Below, in pieces: positions 54,902 to 64,000 of a stretch of 64,000 nt of DNA. The notes beneath the pieces are model-generated. The model did no database searches and was not told the origin of the DNA. It was given only the letters and a program-made list of their open reading frames with translations. The stretch is from a virus. Its lineage: Duplodnaviria > Heunggongvirae > Uroviricota > Caudoviricetes. The position numbers were made by a program, and so were the translations under genes. The stretch is taken from the IMG/VR virus record IMGVR_UViG_3300020451_002055; one strand, given 5' to 3'. Each line of letters opens with the position of its first letter. Positions within the stretch are counted from its first letter, which is position 1.

Positions 54902-57900
54902 TTATGTATCTTGGATTGTCACGGTATTACTGCGAACAGTAACGCCAACCGATATGCCATCGAACGGAACGACCTCAGCATACCATTGGTCTCCTGCAGC
55001 CGTGTTTGTTGCAAGGATAAAGCCTTCGTTTGCCAGGCTAGCTACTTCTGAGAAGTCCTCTTCGCCGCTTCTCTTGCGATACCAGCGGATCGAGCTTTCA
55101 TCTTGCTGACTCTGCGAGCCCTGTGCAATGTCGTTATCGAAGAAGGTATAGTTCAGATCCAGGCCGGAATCAACCGCCGGGCTCTCTGGCGTTATGATAA
55201 CGCTTGATACGATCGGAGGCGCGTTCTCGACAGTGACCGGAGCAGAGCGGACAGGATCGCTAATTAGGTTACCAGATGCCGGTCGAACTTCGACTTCAAG
55301 AACATTGCCAATGATCATTGCAACAACTGCTCCGGAGATTTCGCCCGGTACGATCTCGTTATTGCTCAGCCCGTTGACAGACTCATTGAGAATGCCTCGC
55401 TTGAACTCGACGCCGTTGACATACCAAATGATCGTAGACTCGTTCTCTCCTCCATCATCGAAGAAGTTGAAGTCCGCGATAGCAGTAGTCGATGTAGTTA
55501 CCGTATCTTGGAGCCCGCCGGTTTGCGTTCTACCCCGGATAGATATCTCTGTAATGAATGGCGGGGCAGCTACGATCTCAACAGACGGAGAACGAATGAC
55601 TTCGCCAAAGTTGAGACCATCGCTCGGTCGAACGGTGAAGTATACAATGTCGCCTACAGAAACAAGGCTTTCTTCCCGCTCTCTAGCAAACTCTTCAATG
55701 CTTGTTCCGTCAGGCACATCTTCCGGCGTAAAGCTAAAGCCAAAGGACCAGATAGGGTCAAGGAAGTTGTTAATGTTGTTCCATTCTCTTAGATCGCGAA
55801 GGAACTCAGCTTCAACGCCGTTGATGTACCATCTGATCTGAGTCTGCTCAGTATCTTCCTCGTCTCCATTGAGATCAAAGAATCGATAGGTTGCAGAGAT
55901 AGTAGTATATGTTGCCGGAGCAGAAGGCACAACCCTAGGCTCTTGAGCTTCAGGCGGACGCTCCGAAAGCGGAGGCGGCAAGAATACATTGGTATTCCAC
56001 ATGTAGCCAACGCCTCGGATATTGATATCCTCGCTCGCAAAGCGATTGATAACTTGAATGCCGATTCTGAACTGGTCAGAATTCTCAATATCGATATTGA
56101 ATGGGCCGGTTCTCTTTCTCTTGAAGACGATCAAACCCTGTCTCGGGTATGCTCTGTATTCTGTTGCCTCGATGACATTATCAAGGGAATCTCGAACCGT
56201 AATCTGCGATGTCAAATCCCAAGCCCCGTAGGTAGTCTTCCATACAAAGCCATCGATATTGATCAGAGACTCTTTGAGAACTGCCTCTTCCTGATCCGTT
56301 CGAATAGGAATGAAGAGCTTTCCGTATTGATCTACTGCGGGCCTTGCTCCGGTTCTGAAATCTTCCCAAGAAGAAGAGTTACTTGTTGCGACTCCAACAA
56401 GAACTTCGCTCTCGGGCGGATCATTTGCATCGACCGCAACTGCGATCTGCTGAGCCCCAAAGAGGGAGCTATCTGCATTGAGATACAAGAAACTGATCTT
56501 GGGGAGGCTGTACCTGATGTTGATACCAGTCAATGCTGGCACGCCCGGCGTTGCCAGGTTCTCATATGCCTCCAAAATAGAAGCAGACAATCCGGAAAGC
56601 AGAGACACTCTAAACTTGAAGAAACGACCAGTCAGTCTAAAGAAGTCAACTTCGCTATTTGGACTGAACTGATCTGATGGTTCAGAAAAGTTGAAGCCAT
56701 CATCCGAAGCGGAAACCGTCCAGTTGCCATCAGTGTTCTCGAACAGAGTATAATCGAGAACGATTGAGTTGACAACGCTGATCTGACCGAGATCAATAAC
56801 AAGCTCGTAAGCACCGAAGCCGACAGAACCAGCGGCTCGACCGATCATGTTATTGAGTATTTCATTGAGGAAGTTAGCATCAAGAACCGTTTGCGATTGG
56901 CCTCCGGTTTCAGAAGCAATAACCTCAAGGTCATCCGTATCGGTTCTAGCCAGCAAAGCTGAAAGCGTTACGGGGAAAACGACTGAGAAGTTATTGACTA
57001 GAACCGGAACCTCAGCAAATCCATCGATAGCCTGAACATTCTCAAGAGCAGTCTCTAGGCCTATGAAGGATAGGCTCTCTTCATTGTCAGTCTGAACATA
57101 GATGACCTTTGAAGCAGTATCGAGAGCTTCATCAAGCATAACTTCAGCGATAGCGCCAAGGCCGTCATAGAACGGCGATGCTCCAAAGGGGACGGCGTTG
57201 CGAAGGCGCTCTACGATTTCCAAAGCCTCTTCAGCGGTTCCATCATTCGTATTGATGTAAGGAATAACCTGAGGAACCCATTCTATGTCGCTGAAATACT
57301 GAACAGACGGACTCTCTAGCTGCGGAGTCTGCGGAGGGTTAAGGTCAAAGACAGGATTATCTCTATCCGCCAGGTCATCGCCAATAGGCGTTCCGCCTGC
57401 ATTGTCGTCAACATCTGGGCCATCGTCATCGCCGTTGCCATCTGGATCTGGCGGTTCAGGAAGCTCTTGAGTTACAGTATACGAACGACATCCTTCAAAC
57501 TGAGGCGAATACGGATCTGTAGGAGGCGGGTCCAGAACATCCGGCTGACCGTCGTCGTCGGTATCATCATTCGTATCATCTGAATCATCGTCATCCCCGG
57601 TGTCTTGGAACTGGTCAGGATCTTCGTTGTCATCAAAATCGACAACCGTCTGACCATAATAGAAGTCATCGATAACGGTAAGCTGAATACGGATGACGTA
57701 TGGATTGCGAACGTCGCCCTCATTGATAATAAGCGGCTCAGTTTCATCTGCAGAATCGGTATCCTCTTGTTGTCGAGCAAGCTCAAGCTTCCTGCGAATC
57801 TCATCTACCTTGTCAAGAATGTCTTCTGATCTTGGTAGCAACGTAGTAGAAGCAAGACCATTGACAGCAATGATATCGTTGCTTGAGAAAACAACAGGAT

Positions 57901-60900
57901 AAATAAGAGCCGCACGACTTACATTGTCAGAGGCGGTCTGCTGGTCGTCATCGCTTCCGCCGCCACCACCCTGTAGATCATCTGCGTCGTCATCTTCCTC
58001 GCTATCCGGAAGCAATACGAAGCCTCGAACAAGAATTCGTATATCATCAGTCGGCCTCTCGCCAACATCATCAATGAGTTCGATATCTACGCCCGCCGAT
58101 TGCTTGCCATCAAGCCGTATGCGATCTGGCGTTACTTCTGCATTGATCTGCAAAAAGCCAGCAGGGCGACCGCTCGTAATGCCTCCGGCCACATAGACGT
58201 AGCGGAAGTCATCAGAAGTCATACCAAAAGCCTGCCTCGGGATTTCGACTCCTGCAAGCTCAGTAAACGTAAACGGATCAGGCGATACCGAAGGATCAAC
58301 AGATTCAAAAGTCCTTGAAACGCTTGCCTTTCTTGTCGCTCCTCCCAAGAAGTATGGGGTATCTTGGACGACTGCAGTTCCACCCTTGTATCGAGGCTGC
58401 GGAATATCTGCATAGTCCTGCTCGTCTCGCTCGATAGTCAACGTGTCAAGATCAATCTTGTAGGTATCAGTCAGGAAAATGATTTCCTGGCTCTGCCCTT
58501 CTCCGATTGGAACAGCGCCGCCTGAGACTCTAATGGTATTATCTGCTTCATTGTAGAATGCGAAAGGAGCAATACGCTCATAGAGAACCTCATCTTCGCC
58601 AGTAAACTGATCGGAGACGCTCCATTCATCAAGATCTATATCATAGATGACTACTCGGTCGTTTAGCTCCTGTATTCCGCCTTGGGATCCTACAAGCCTG
58701 ATGCCTCCAACAAAGTAGACCTTGCTGTCAACCTTGATAGCAGTCCCCATGGCAACGCCATACGAAAGGAAGTCATTGTCATCAAGAGTTGGCATCGATG
58801 TGATCGGCAGCCATGTATCGATAAGCGGATCATATACCTCGCAAAGTTGAGTTACGACAATACTGTTATCAACAACCGCGAAACCGCCAAAGACATAAAC
58901 TTTGCCCGCGTCCTCGATGGCATGGTGGTAGAACCTTGGCGTGGTCATTGGGGCCATGTCGGTCCATGTTTGCGAATCGATGCGATACTGCTCGTTGTAG
59001 AACGATACCGTATTGCCATCTAGACCGCCGATTGCATACAGGACTTCGCCGTAAGCGTCAAAGGTCCAAGTAAGAGTTAGAGCCCCTCTTGGATGGTTGA
59101 GATCATTTGGGAGGGATTCCCATTCATCAGTGACCGTATCATAGATATCGATCGTGCCGCTGTAGAGGTTGTTGATTACTGCTTCCTGATCGTCCTCATC
59201 CTCATCATCTGGCTGTTCGTCTTCAACCTCGTAGCGGATAGTTACGCATGCGGTCATGCTCCGCTCAGCATCTCCTCGCTTGTCGTAGTTTACCTCTGCT
59301 TGTATCTGAGCCTCAAACTCTTGAATTGGGCTCATTGGGAGAAGAGAGAAAGAGGCATAAGACCTTTCCTCTGATCCATCAATCAACGGATCAACAATAG
59401 TCTCTGTGAATACAACCTGCTGAGGCACTTGAATCTTAGTCGGATTGTTGCCGCCAACCGTTATGCGAATTGGAGTTCCGTTGGGAACAGGGCGTCCGGC
59501 AAACGATACTCTAACAACAAAGGTATGAGACGACTGACCATCAACCAAAAGCTCATTGACAGGCTCATTATCTCTTCGCACTTGAACAATGCGAATATCA
59601 AGCGGTTCTTTAAGCCTAACAATGCATGGCGGGATGCCGTTTTCTGCATCGCCGCCGCCAGAAAGGTATCTAATCTCTCCGTCGAGTTCGGTCTCAGTAC
59701 GACCGAAGATGATGTTGTCTCCTTGTTCCTCTCGGTAAGTAAAGTCAATGGCTGCGCATCGATTCTCAACCGGATCATTATCATCTCCTCCGCTAGATTG
59801 CGGAGGCGGGCCTATGAAGGTATTGATGCGAAGAAAAGCCTCTGTTGTCTGCTCTTCTTCAAGAGGTATAACCGCAAACCCTAATTCTTCCTCGTTATTC
59901 GAGAACGTGGGCTCATCGATGTAGGGATCAAAACCTATCTCAAGATCAGGTCCGTAGAGTATTTCGAAGTTATTACCTGTCTCTACCTCGACCGGCTGAC
60001 CGGTGTTGAGAATGAACAACGTTCCATTAAAGTCGTCTGCGCAAGAACGGAAAATTTGACCAAATAGTCCGCCTGCCTGGTTGGGGTCTTTCCATATGGT
60101 TAGTTTCTCGTAATCATATCCGTCTGCCCACATTTCGACTTGATATTGCCGTAGGTGCATAAGGAATCGAGAACCAAAACCGCCCTGAGTCTGCTGCGGA
60201 TAAATGAAGGCTGGTTTCTCATCGAATGCAGAAAGACCATCGTAAACGATGTCAGTCCTAATAGCATATAGCTCGGGAAGCAACTGCGGGCCAAACTGCC
60301 CTTCAAAGATATACCATGTAACACCGCAAGCCGGTCCAAAGAAGACTCTGCGTGCCTGTCCATTGATGACTCTAGAGAACACGCCGGGACCGGTTTGAAC
60401 GGCATTATCGGTAGAATAGAACGGCCTATCTTTTCCGGATACGCCCTTTCTTAGTCTCCATTTGACAATCTCGTTATCAGGTATTCTCTCTCTGCGGTCC
60501 GGGTTATCTGGATCAATCAGATATGCAGCGGCAAACTGCTCTGCAATATCAACGCAGTCAGGAGCCGGAACGCTTTCTGTCAACTCGATGCGAAGAATGT
60601 TCTCGAAAGCGATATAGAGCTTGCGGCGACCGAAGAAGCCGTTGTAGCTCGCCTTGGCAAAGAACATGACGCCCTGCGGGAAATCAGGAACTTGGAGCGG
60701 TATATCAGCATAGCTGAACTGAGTAATGACGCCTTCGTTGTCCTCTTCCTCTCCCAACAAAAGATCAACAGTTGTAGAGGGAGGAAGAACTGTCCTGCTC
60801 TTGCGATCAGAGAAGGATGGTTCAAATGGCTGCGGCGGATCAGAGTCATTGTCATCGCAATCAGGATCAGAAGCCTCATGCACAGCAACAAAGACCTTAC

Positions 60901-63900
60901 CGCCATCAGTAATGGCTTCGTCTCTATAGGTTACTCGAACCCTTGCAACAAAAGGCTCTTGCCTTCTAATGTATGTTCCATCAAAGTCTTTGGTCTGATC
61001 ACTAACAAGAAGACCGCCGGTGCTTTGCGTAAGAACATCATTGAGATCAACTGTTGCCTTGCAGACGTGTTCAACTCTATCTCCACGGAGATTGATCAGT
61101 TGCATACCGAACGGGTTGTCAAGCTTTATACTGATCGGTCGAGAGTTGAACTCAAAGATATTCGATGACGGGTTCTCCCTATCCGGTATTTCGAAAGATA
61201 CAAAAACGCTGAAGTTGATAGAGTTCAAAGCAGAAAGGATATCAAAGTCATCTGACATGCGCAAGATGCCTCGGATAACGCCGTTGCCTTGAGGAGTGGT
61301 AGTAAGTATGTGCGCCTCTTCGAAAGAGGGCGTAGTAGTATCTCTGTTGACTTGCTCGCCGAATACGTCTTCGCTGTTTCCCGAACCAGAGACGCTGCCG
61401 CTAGTCGTGAATTTCAGGTTTGACTCATCAGCGACAGGGGCTCCGAACTCATCGGTAATCTGAGCGAATAGAGCAACTCGCTGATCAAACCAGCCCTCAA
61501 GCGACTTCTGGAATATGACAGGCTGTTCCCAGGCTAAGCTGATCGCATCGTCAGTAACGACTTCATATCGAAGCTTGCGGACCTCAAGAAGCGGAATGCC
61601 AGTTTCATCAGCGTCTTCTAGAGGAGTCTCGCTTGTATAGGTTTCGGTTGAAACGTAGCCATACTTGTCTGTTGTTACAAATGCATAGAAGGCTTCTTGA
61701 TTATTAGGGATGTTCCTGTGAACAAAGCTAGTCTGGCTTGGATTGCCTCGGAAGATAAGCTCTGAATCTGAGTTTCCCTGCTCATCGATAATAGGGAATC
61801 GGTTGTCCGAGTAGAATATCTTGACTTCGCGAGCAGCATCAGTTAGCCCCGGAATCGACCACTGGAAGTATATCTTCCTATTGCCTACTTGAGTGGTTAT
61901 GTTCTGAATAGTTGGAAGAGCAGGAGGACCGCCGACTACTCTGTCGCGTTGCTCGTCGCTCTCAAACTCTGGTATTGTTACCGAAAGAACAGGAGAATCG
62001 CTCCATAGCGAATAGTTGCCTATGGCATTCTGGGAGAATATCTTGTAATGATACTCTCTGCCATGTATGAAGTCTTTAGATACTGTGAAGAAGAAGTTGC
62101 CCGGAGAGGCTTCTGATTCGTAGATAACAGTTCCGTCATTCTCATGGTACGGTATGTCGCCAAAACCGATATCAACTAGTTCAAAATCACCTGAATCTGG
62201 ATCATCTATTCTATCTTGAAGTCTTGGACCGGCTTCTTCCTTTTCAACAACTCTGACGTTACCATCAACATAGTTGTAATCTGCAGGAACCGTATAGTTG
62301 AATGCAAGTATGCGATCGCCGTTGTCTAGCTCTTTTTGCTCGTTATCGCCCGGAAGAGTTGCTGCTTCTTGTATGTAGAGAATATCTCTCTCAACGCTAT
62401 GGACAGATACTTCTGTTATCTTGCCAAAGAACGTAGAGGAGCCATCCAAAGCTCCTATCTCAAAGGAGTTAATGAGAGAGGCCACCGCGCTACCGCTAGG
62501 CAAAGAACCTTGAGCAGCGATCGCTCCATTCACATAGATGATTGCATTATTAGTATCCGGATTCCAGGTTACAGCAACATGGTTCCATTCATTCTCAATA
62601 AGAGGAGAAGATGACGTAGTAACACCTGTAGCAGCCCTATTCCAAATCTGCAAGTCTTTGCCTGCTCTGATAAGGAAAAAGCCAAAGCCCTCAATAAATG
62701 AGCCGGTCGGTCCTTTTTCTCCAAATACAAACTGAGCAACAGGATTGGCTTGCTCAAATGGCAGAATCCATGCCATAAAAGTAAAACCGCTACCCGCCCC
62801 CATAAGAGATGTGGAAGGGGTGTCTCTTAGGTGTCTCCAATACTGATCGATGCCATTGAGCCGGACGCCTGATCTTCCGATAGGCGTATCTTCCTCATTC
62901 AACCATCTTGGTTCTTCTTGATTGATGGCAGATAGATGGTACTGGTTCGGAGTAAAATCAAAGGCCTCTAAACCTGCTGCCTCGTTGAAATGCCAAAGCG
63001 CTGTTACGTCATCATCTAGACGGATGCCAGAGCCTCGAAGGATCGTAGCGTTAAAGGTTCCAATACCGTTGGGAAGGATTCGAGGGCGAGGTATAGCTGA
63101 TATCTGCTTGCCTTCGCTGAATGTTCCGAACTGATCATAGGTGTAGACTGTGTAGAAGTAGTCTTCGCCCTCTTCAAGATTATCGTCGAAAGCTCTGTCT
63201 AGGAAGCCTTCGGTAACAATGTCTCCGTCTACGGCATTGTTCGAGAACAGTGCTTCCTTGCGAAGAACCCGAACGCCTGCATATCCGCTTTCTTGGTCCG
63301 CGAAAAAGGCATCAGCAATAGCTCCGCCATCGCCGGTGTCCACTTGGTCATCCTCAATGACGGCAAAGAAGTTGACGCGAATCGGAGTTGATTCGAATGA
63401 GAATAGATTGAAGCTAACTTGGCCCGGATAGGTGGCATCGAGCCTAGTAATGAGGCGACGAAGAATCTCGTGGCGAGTCTTGGGCTCGTCGTTCCATGTC
63501 ATTGAACCAGACTGATCAACAAGCAGCGAAACAATTCGATCAGGCAACCGAAGAGAAACCTCATTGGTAACTCCGTCATCGTTTTGAATCTCTGTATTCA
63601 AAAAGACCGGGTTGGTGTCCGGATCATCAAACTTGTTGGTACGATCTATAAAGGCCTCTGCGGGCGGAGTCTGAATGACGCAGCCGGTCTCGTCAAGAGC
63701 ATCGACAAAGAACCACATAGTAAGAGCGAACCGGAGATCAGATGCCTCCCATCCTGCTCCGTCTTCATTGGTAAAGGACTGAAGAGCTATATAGGGGTCT
63801 ACATCAGAACTCGCCAAATCCCATACGATATATGAATCATCGTCGCTTCCGACCGGATATAGAGAGAATGAGAAGTTATTGTCGTAATCTACCGTTGATC

Positions 63901-63985
63901 CGGCAAACTTCTGCATATCAAAGTTGTATTGATCGTCCAGTTGTAGTTCGGAATAGGTAGATTTAGCGTCATAGAATGGACCCAA
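54902..63985 (-). CDS. Giant acidic multidomain protein (VWA halves, FN3/Ig-like, LamG, Kelch propeller, C-terminal Ig repeats); probable virion/adhesion protein, likely 5'-truncated by the window
   Basis: DQSGSM; ALWHFNE...FTFMAWI...WNHVAVTW...IYVNG; repeated YAIGG/YVFGG/YFVGG/YFLGG/YVAGG; frame stays open to base 64000. Confidence 0.8.
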   Translation of the reverse strand: MGPFYDAKSTYSELQLDDQYNFDMQKFAGSTVDYDNNFSFSLYPVGSDDDSYIVWDLASSDVDPYIALQSFTNEDGAGWEASDLRFALTMWFFVDALDETGCVIQTPPAEAFIDRTNKFDDPDTNPVFLNTEIQNDDGVTNEVSLRLPDRIVSLLVDQSGSMTWNDEPKTRHEILRRLITRLDATYPGQVSFNLFSFESTPIRVNFFAVIEDDQVDTGDGGAIADAFFADQESGYAGVRVLRKEALFSNNAVDGDIVTEGFLDRAFDDNLEEGEDYFYTVYTYDQFGTFSEGKQISAIPRPRILPNGIGTFNATILRGSGIRLDDDVTALWHFNEAAGLEAFDFTPNQYHLSAINQEEPRWLNEEDTPIGRSGVRLNGIDQYWRHLRDTPSTSLMGAGSGFTFMAWILPFEQANPVAQFVFGEKGPTGSFIEGFGFFLIRAGKDLQIWNRAATGVTTSSSPLIENEWNHVAVTWNPDTNNAIIYVNGAIAAQGSLPSGSAVASLINSFEIGALDGSSTFFGKITEVSVHSVERDILYIQEAATLPGDNEQKELDNGDRILAFNYTVPADYNYVDGNVRVVEKEEAGPRLQDRIDDPDSGDFELVDIGFGDIPYHENDGTVIYESEASPGNFFFTVSKDFIHGREYHYKIFSQNAIGNYSLWSDSPVLSVTIPEFESDEQRDRVVGGPPALPTIQNITTQVGNRKIYFQWSIPGLTDAAREVKIFYSDNRFPIIDEQGNSDSELIFRGNPSQTSFVHRNIPNNQEAFYAFVTTDKYGYVSTETYTSETPLEDADETGIPLLEVRKLRYEVVTDDAISLAWEQPVIFQKSLEGWFDQRVALFAQITDEFGAPVADESNLKFTTSGSVSGSGNSEDVFGEQVNRDTTTPSFEEAHILTTTPQGNGVIRGILRMSDDFDILSALNSINFSVFVSFEIPDRENPSSNIFEFNSRPISIKLDNPFGMQLINLRGDRVEHVCKATVDLNDVLTQSTGGLLVSDQTKDFDGTYIRRQEPFVARVRVTYRDEAITDGGKVFVAVHEASDPDCDDNDSDPPQPFEPSFSDRKSRTVLPPSTTVDLLLGEEEDNEGVITQFSYADIPLQVPDFPQGVMFFAKASYNGFFGRRKLYIAFENILRIELTESVPAPDCVDIAEQFAAAYLIDPDNPDRRERIPDNEIVKWRLRKGVSGKDRPFYSTDNAVQTGPGVFSRVINGQARRVFFGPACGVTWYIFEGQFGPQLLPELYAIRTDIVYDGLSAFDEKPAFIYPQQTQGGFGSRFLMHLRQYQVEMWADGYDYEKLTIWKDPNQAGGLFGQIFRSCADDFNGTLFILNTGQPVEVETGNNFEILYGPDLEIGFDPYIDEPTFSNNEEELGFAVIPLEEEQTTEAFLRINTFIGPPPQSSGGDDNDPVENRCAAIDFTYREEQGDNIIFGRTETELDGEIRYLSGGGDAENGIPPCIVRLKEPLDIRIVQVRRDNEPVNELLVDGQSSHTFVVRVSFAGRPVPNGTPIRITVGGNNPTKIQVPQQVVFTETIVDPLIDGSEERSYASFSLLPMSPIQEFEAQIQAEVNYDKRGDAERSMTACVTIRYEVEDEQPDDEDEDDQEAVINNLYSGTIDIYDTVTDEWESLPNDLNHPRGALTLTWTFDAYGEVLYAIGGLDGNTVSFYNEQYRIDSQTWTDMAPMTTPRFYHHAIEDAGKVYVFGGFAVVDNSIVVTQLCEVYDPLIDTWLPITSMPTLDDNDFLSYGVAMGTAIKVDSKVYFVGGIRLVGSQGGIQELNDRVVIYDIDLDEWSVSDQFTGEDEVLYERIAPFAFYNEADNTIRVSGGAVPIGEGQSQEIIFLTDTYKIDLDTLTIERDEQDYADIPQPRYKGGTAVVQDTPYFLGGATRKASVSRTFESVDPSVSPDPFTFTELAGVEIPRQAFGMTSDDFRYVYVAGGITSGRPAGFLQINAEVTPDRIRLDGKQSAGVDIELIDDVGERPTDDIRILVRGFVLLPDSEEDDDADDLQGGGGGSDDDQQTASDNVSRAALIYPVVFSSNDIIAVNGLASTTLLPRSEDILDKVDEIRRKLELARQQEDTDSADETEPLIINEGDVRNPYVIRIQLTVIDDFYYGQTVVDFDDNEDPDQFQDTGDDDDSDDTNDDTDDDGQPDVLDPPPTDPYSPQFEGCRSYTVTQELPEPPDPDGNGDDDGPDVDDNAGGTPIGDDLADRDNPVFDLNPPQTPQLESPSVQYFSDIEWVPQVIPYINTNDGTAEEALEIVERLRNAVPFGASPFYDGLGAIAEVMLDEALDTASKVIYVQTDNEESLSFIGLETALENVQAIDGFAEVPVLVNNFSVVFPVTLSALLARTDTDDLEVIASETGGQSQTVLDANFLNEILNNMIGRAAGSVGFGAYELVIDLGQISVVNSIVLDYTLFENTDGNWTVSASDDGFNFSEPSDQFSPNSEVDFFRLTGRFFKFRVSLLSGLSASILEAYENLATPGVPALTGINIRYSLPKISFLYLNADSSLFGAQQIAVAVDANDPPESEVLVGVATSNSSSWEDFRTGARPAVDQYGKLFIPIRTDQEEAVLKESLINIDGFVWKTTYGAWDLTSQITVRDSLDNVIEATEYRAYPRQGLIVFKRKRTGPFNIDIENSDQFRIGIQVINRFASEDINIRGVGYMWNTNVFLPPPLSERPPEAQEPRVVPSAPATYTTISATYRFFDLNGDEEDTEQTQIRWYINGVEAEFLRDLREWNNINNFLDPIWSFGFSFTPEDVPDGTSIEEFAREREESLVSVGDIVYFTVRPSDGLNFGEVIRSPSVEIVAAPPFITEISIRGRTQTGGLQDTVTTSTTAIADFNFFDDGGENESTIIWYVNGVEFKRGILNESVNGLSNNEIVPGEISGAVVAMIIGNVLEVEVRPASGNLISDPVRSAPVTVENAPPIVSSVIITPESPAVDSGLDLNYTFFDNDIAQGSQSQQDESSIRWYRKRSGEEDFSEVASLANEGFILATNTAAGDQWYAEVVPFDGISVGVTVRSNTVTIQDT
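54905..55950 (-). repeat. Three protein-level Ig-like repeats at the C-terminus of the giant ORF
   Basis: [YF]xFFD...[RI]WY...G[DN].....V.P..G occurs three times. Confidence 0.65.
58170..59170 (-). repeat. Kelch repeat region (about 6 blades)
   Basis: GG...Y...W...M..PR periodicity. Confidence 0.8.
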
Positions 63986-64000
63986 TCCTCCCGGTCCGCT

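Noticed and set aside
1-64000. Stop-codon reassignment, tRNA or rRNA genes
   Set aside because: Conserved genes are full length in the standard code and end in TAA, TAG or TGA; the few intergenic gaps show no cloverleaf.
63980-64000. TTG at 63985 as the true start of the giant ORF
   Set aside because: The frame is open to the window edge and GGAGGA abuts the TTG with no spacer; the gene probably begins upstream.

Overview
A dense 64-kb segment with almost all genes on the minus strand. It reads as part of a huge (jumbo) bacteriophage genome in the standard genetic code, not as a bacterial chromosome. Layout: (i) 1-18.4 kb, a glycan-building island with two separate nonulosonic-acid (sialic-acid-like) modules (2x NeuB, 2x NeuA, a KdsC-like phosphatase, 2x MAF/DUF115), about ten glycosyltransferases, methyltransferases and an epimerase. 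(ii) 18.4-52.3 kb, a replication/recombination block: UvrD, Gam-like, SpoVS, Cas4-like nuclease, RecA, gp32-like SSB, an intein-free split DnaE, a primase whose TOPRIM and Zn-finger parts are separate genes, DnaB, a DnaC-like loader, an intein-containing Ycf46-type AAA ATPase, IF3, an SF2 helicase and five DNA methyltransferases. (iii) 52.3-64 kb, three more glycosyltransferases and a >3000-aa acidic LamG/Kelch/Ig protein that runs off the window. Best candidates for new biology: a T4 gene-32-like pseudoknot/anti-SD leader with CACUG repeats upstream of ssb; a split DnaE whose second half carries a degenerate duplicate of the palm; clamp-binding-like peptides on DnaE and all five methyltransferases; a sigma28-like CGA-N10 leaderless promoter motif; and one VWA domain apparently split by about 2000 residues. 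All family calls come from reading motifs by eye; no database searches were run.
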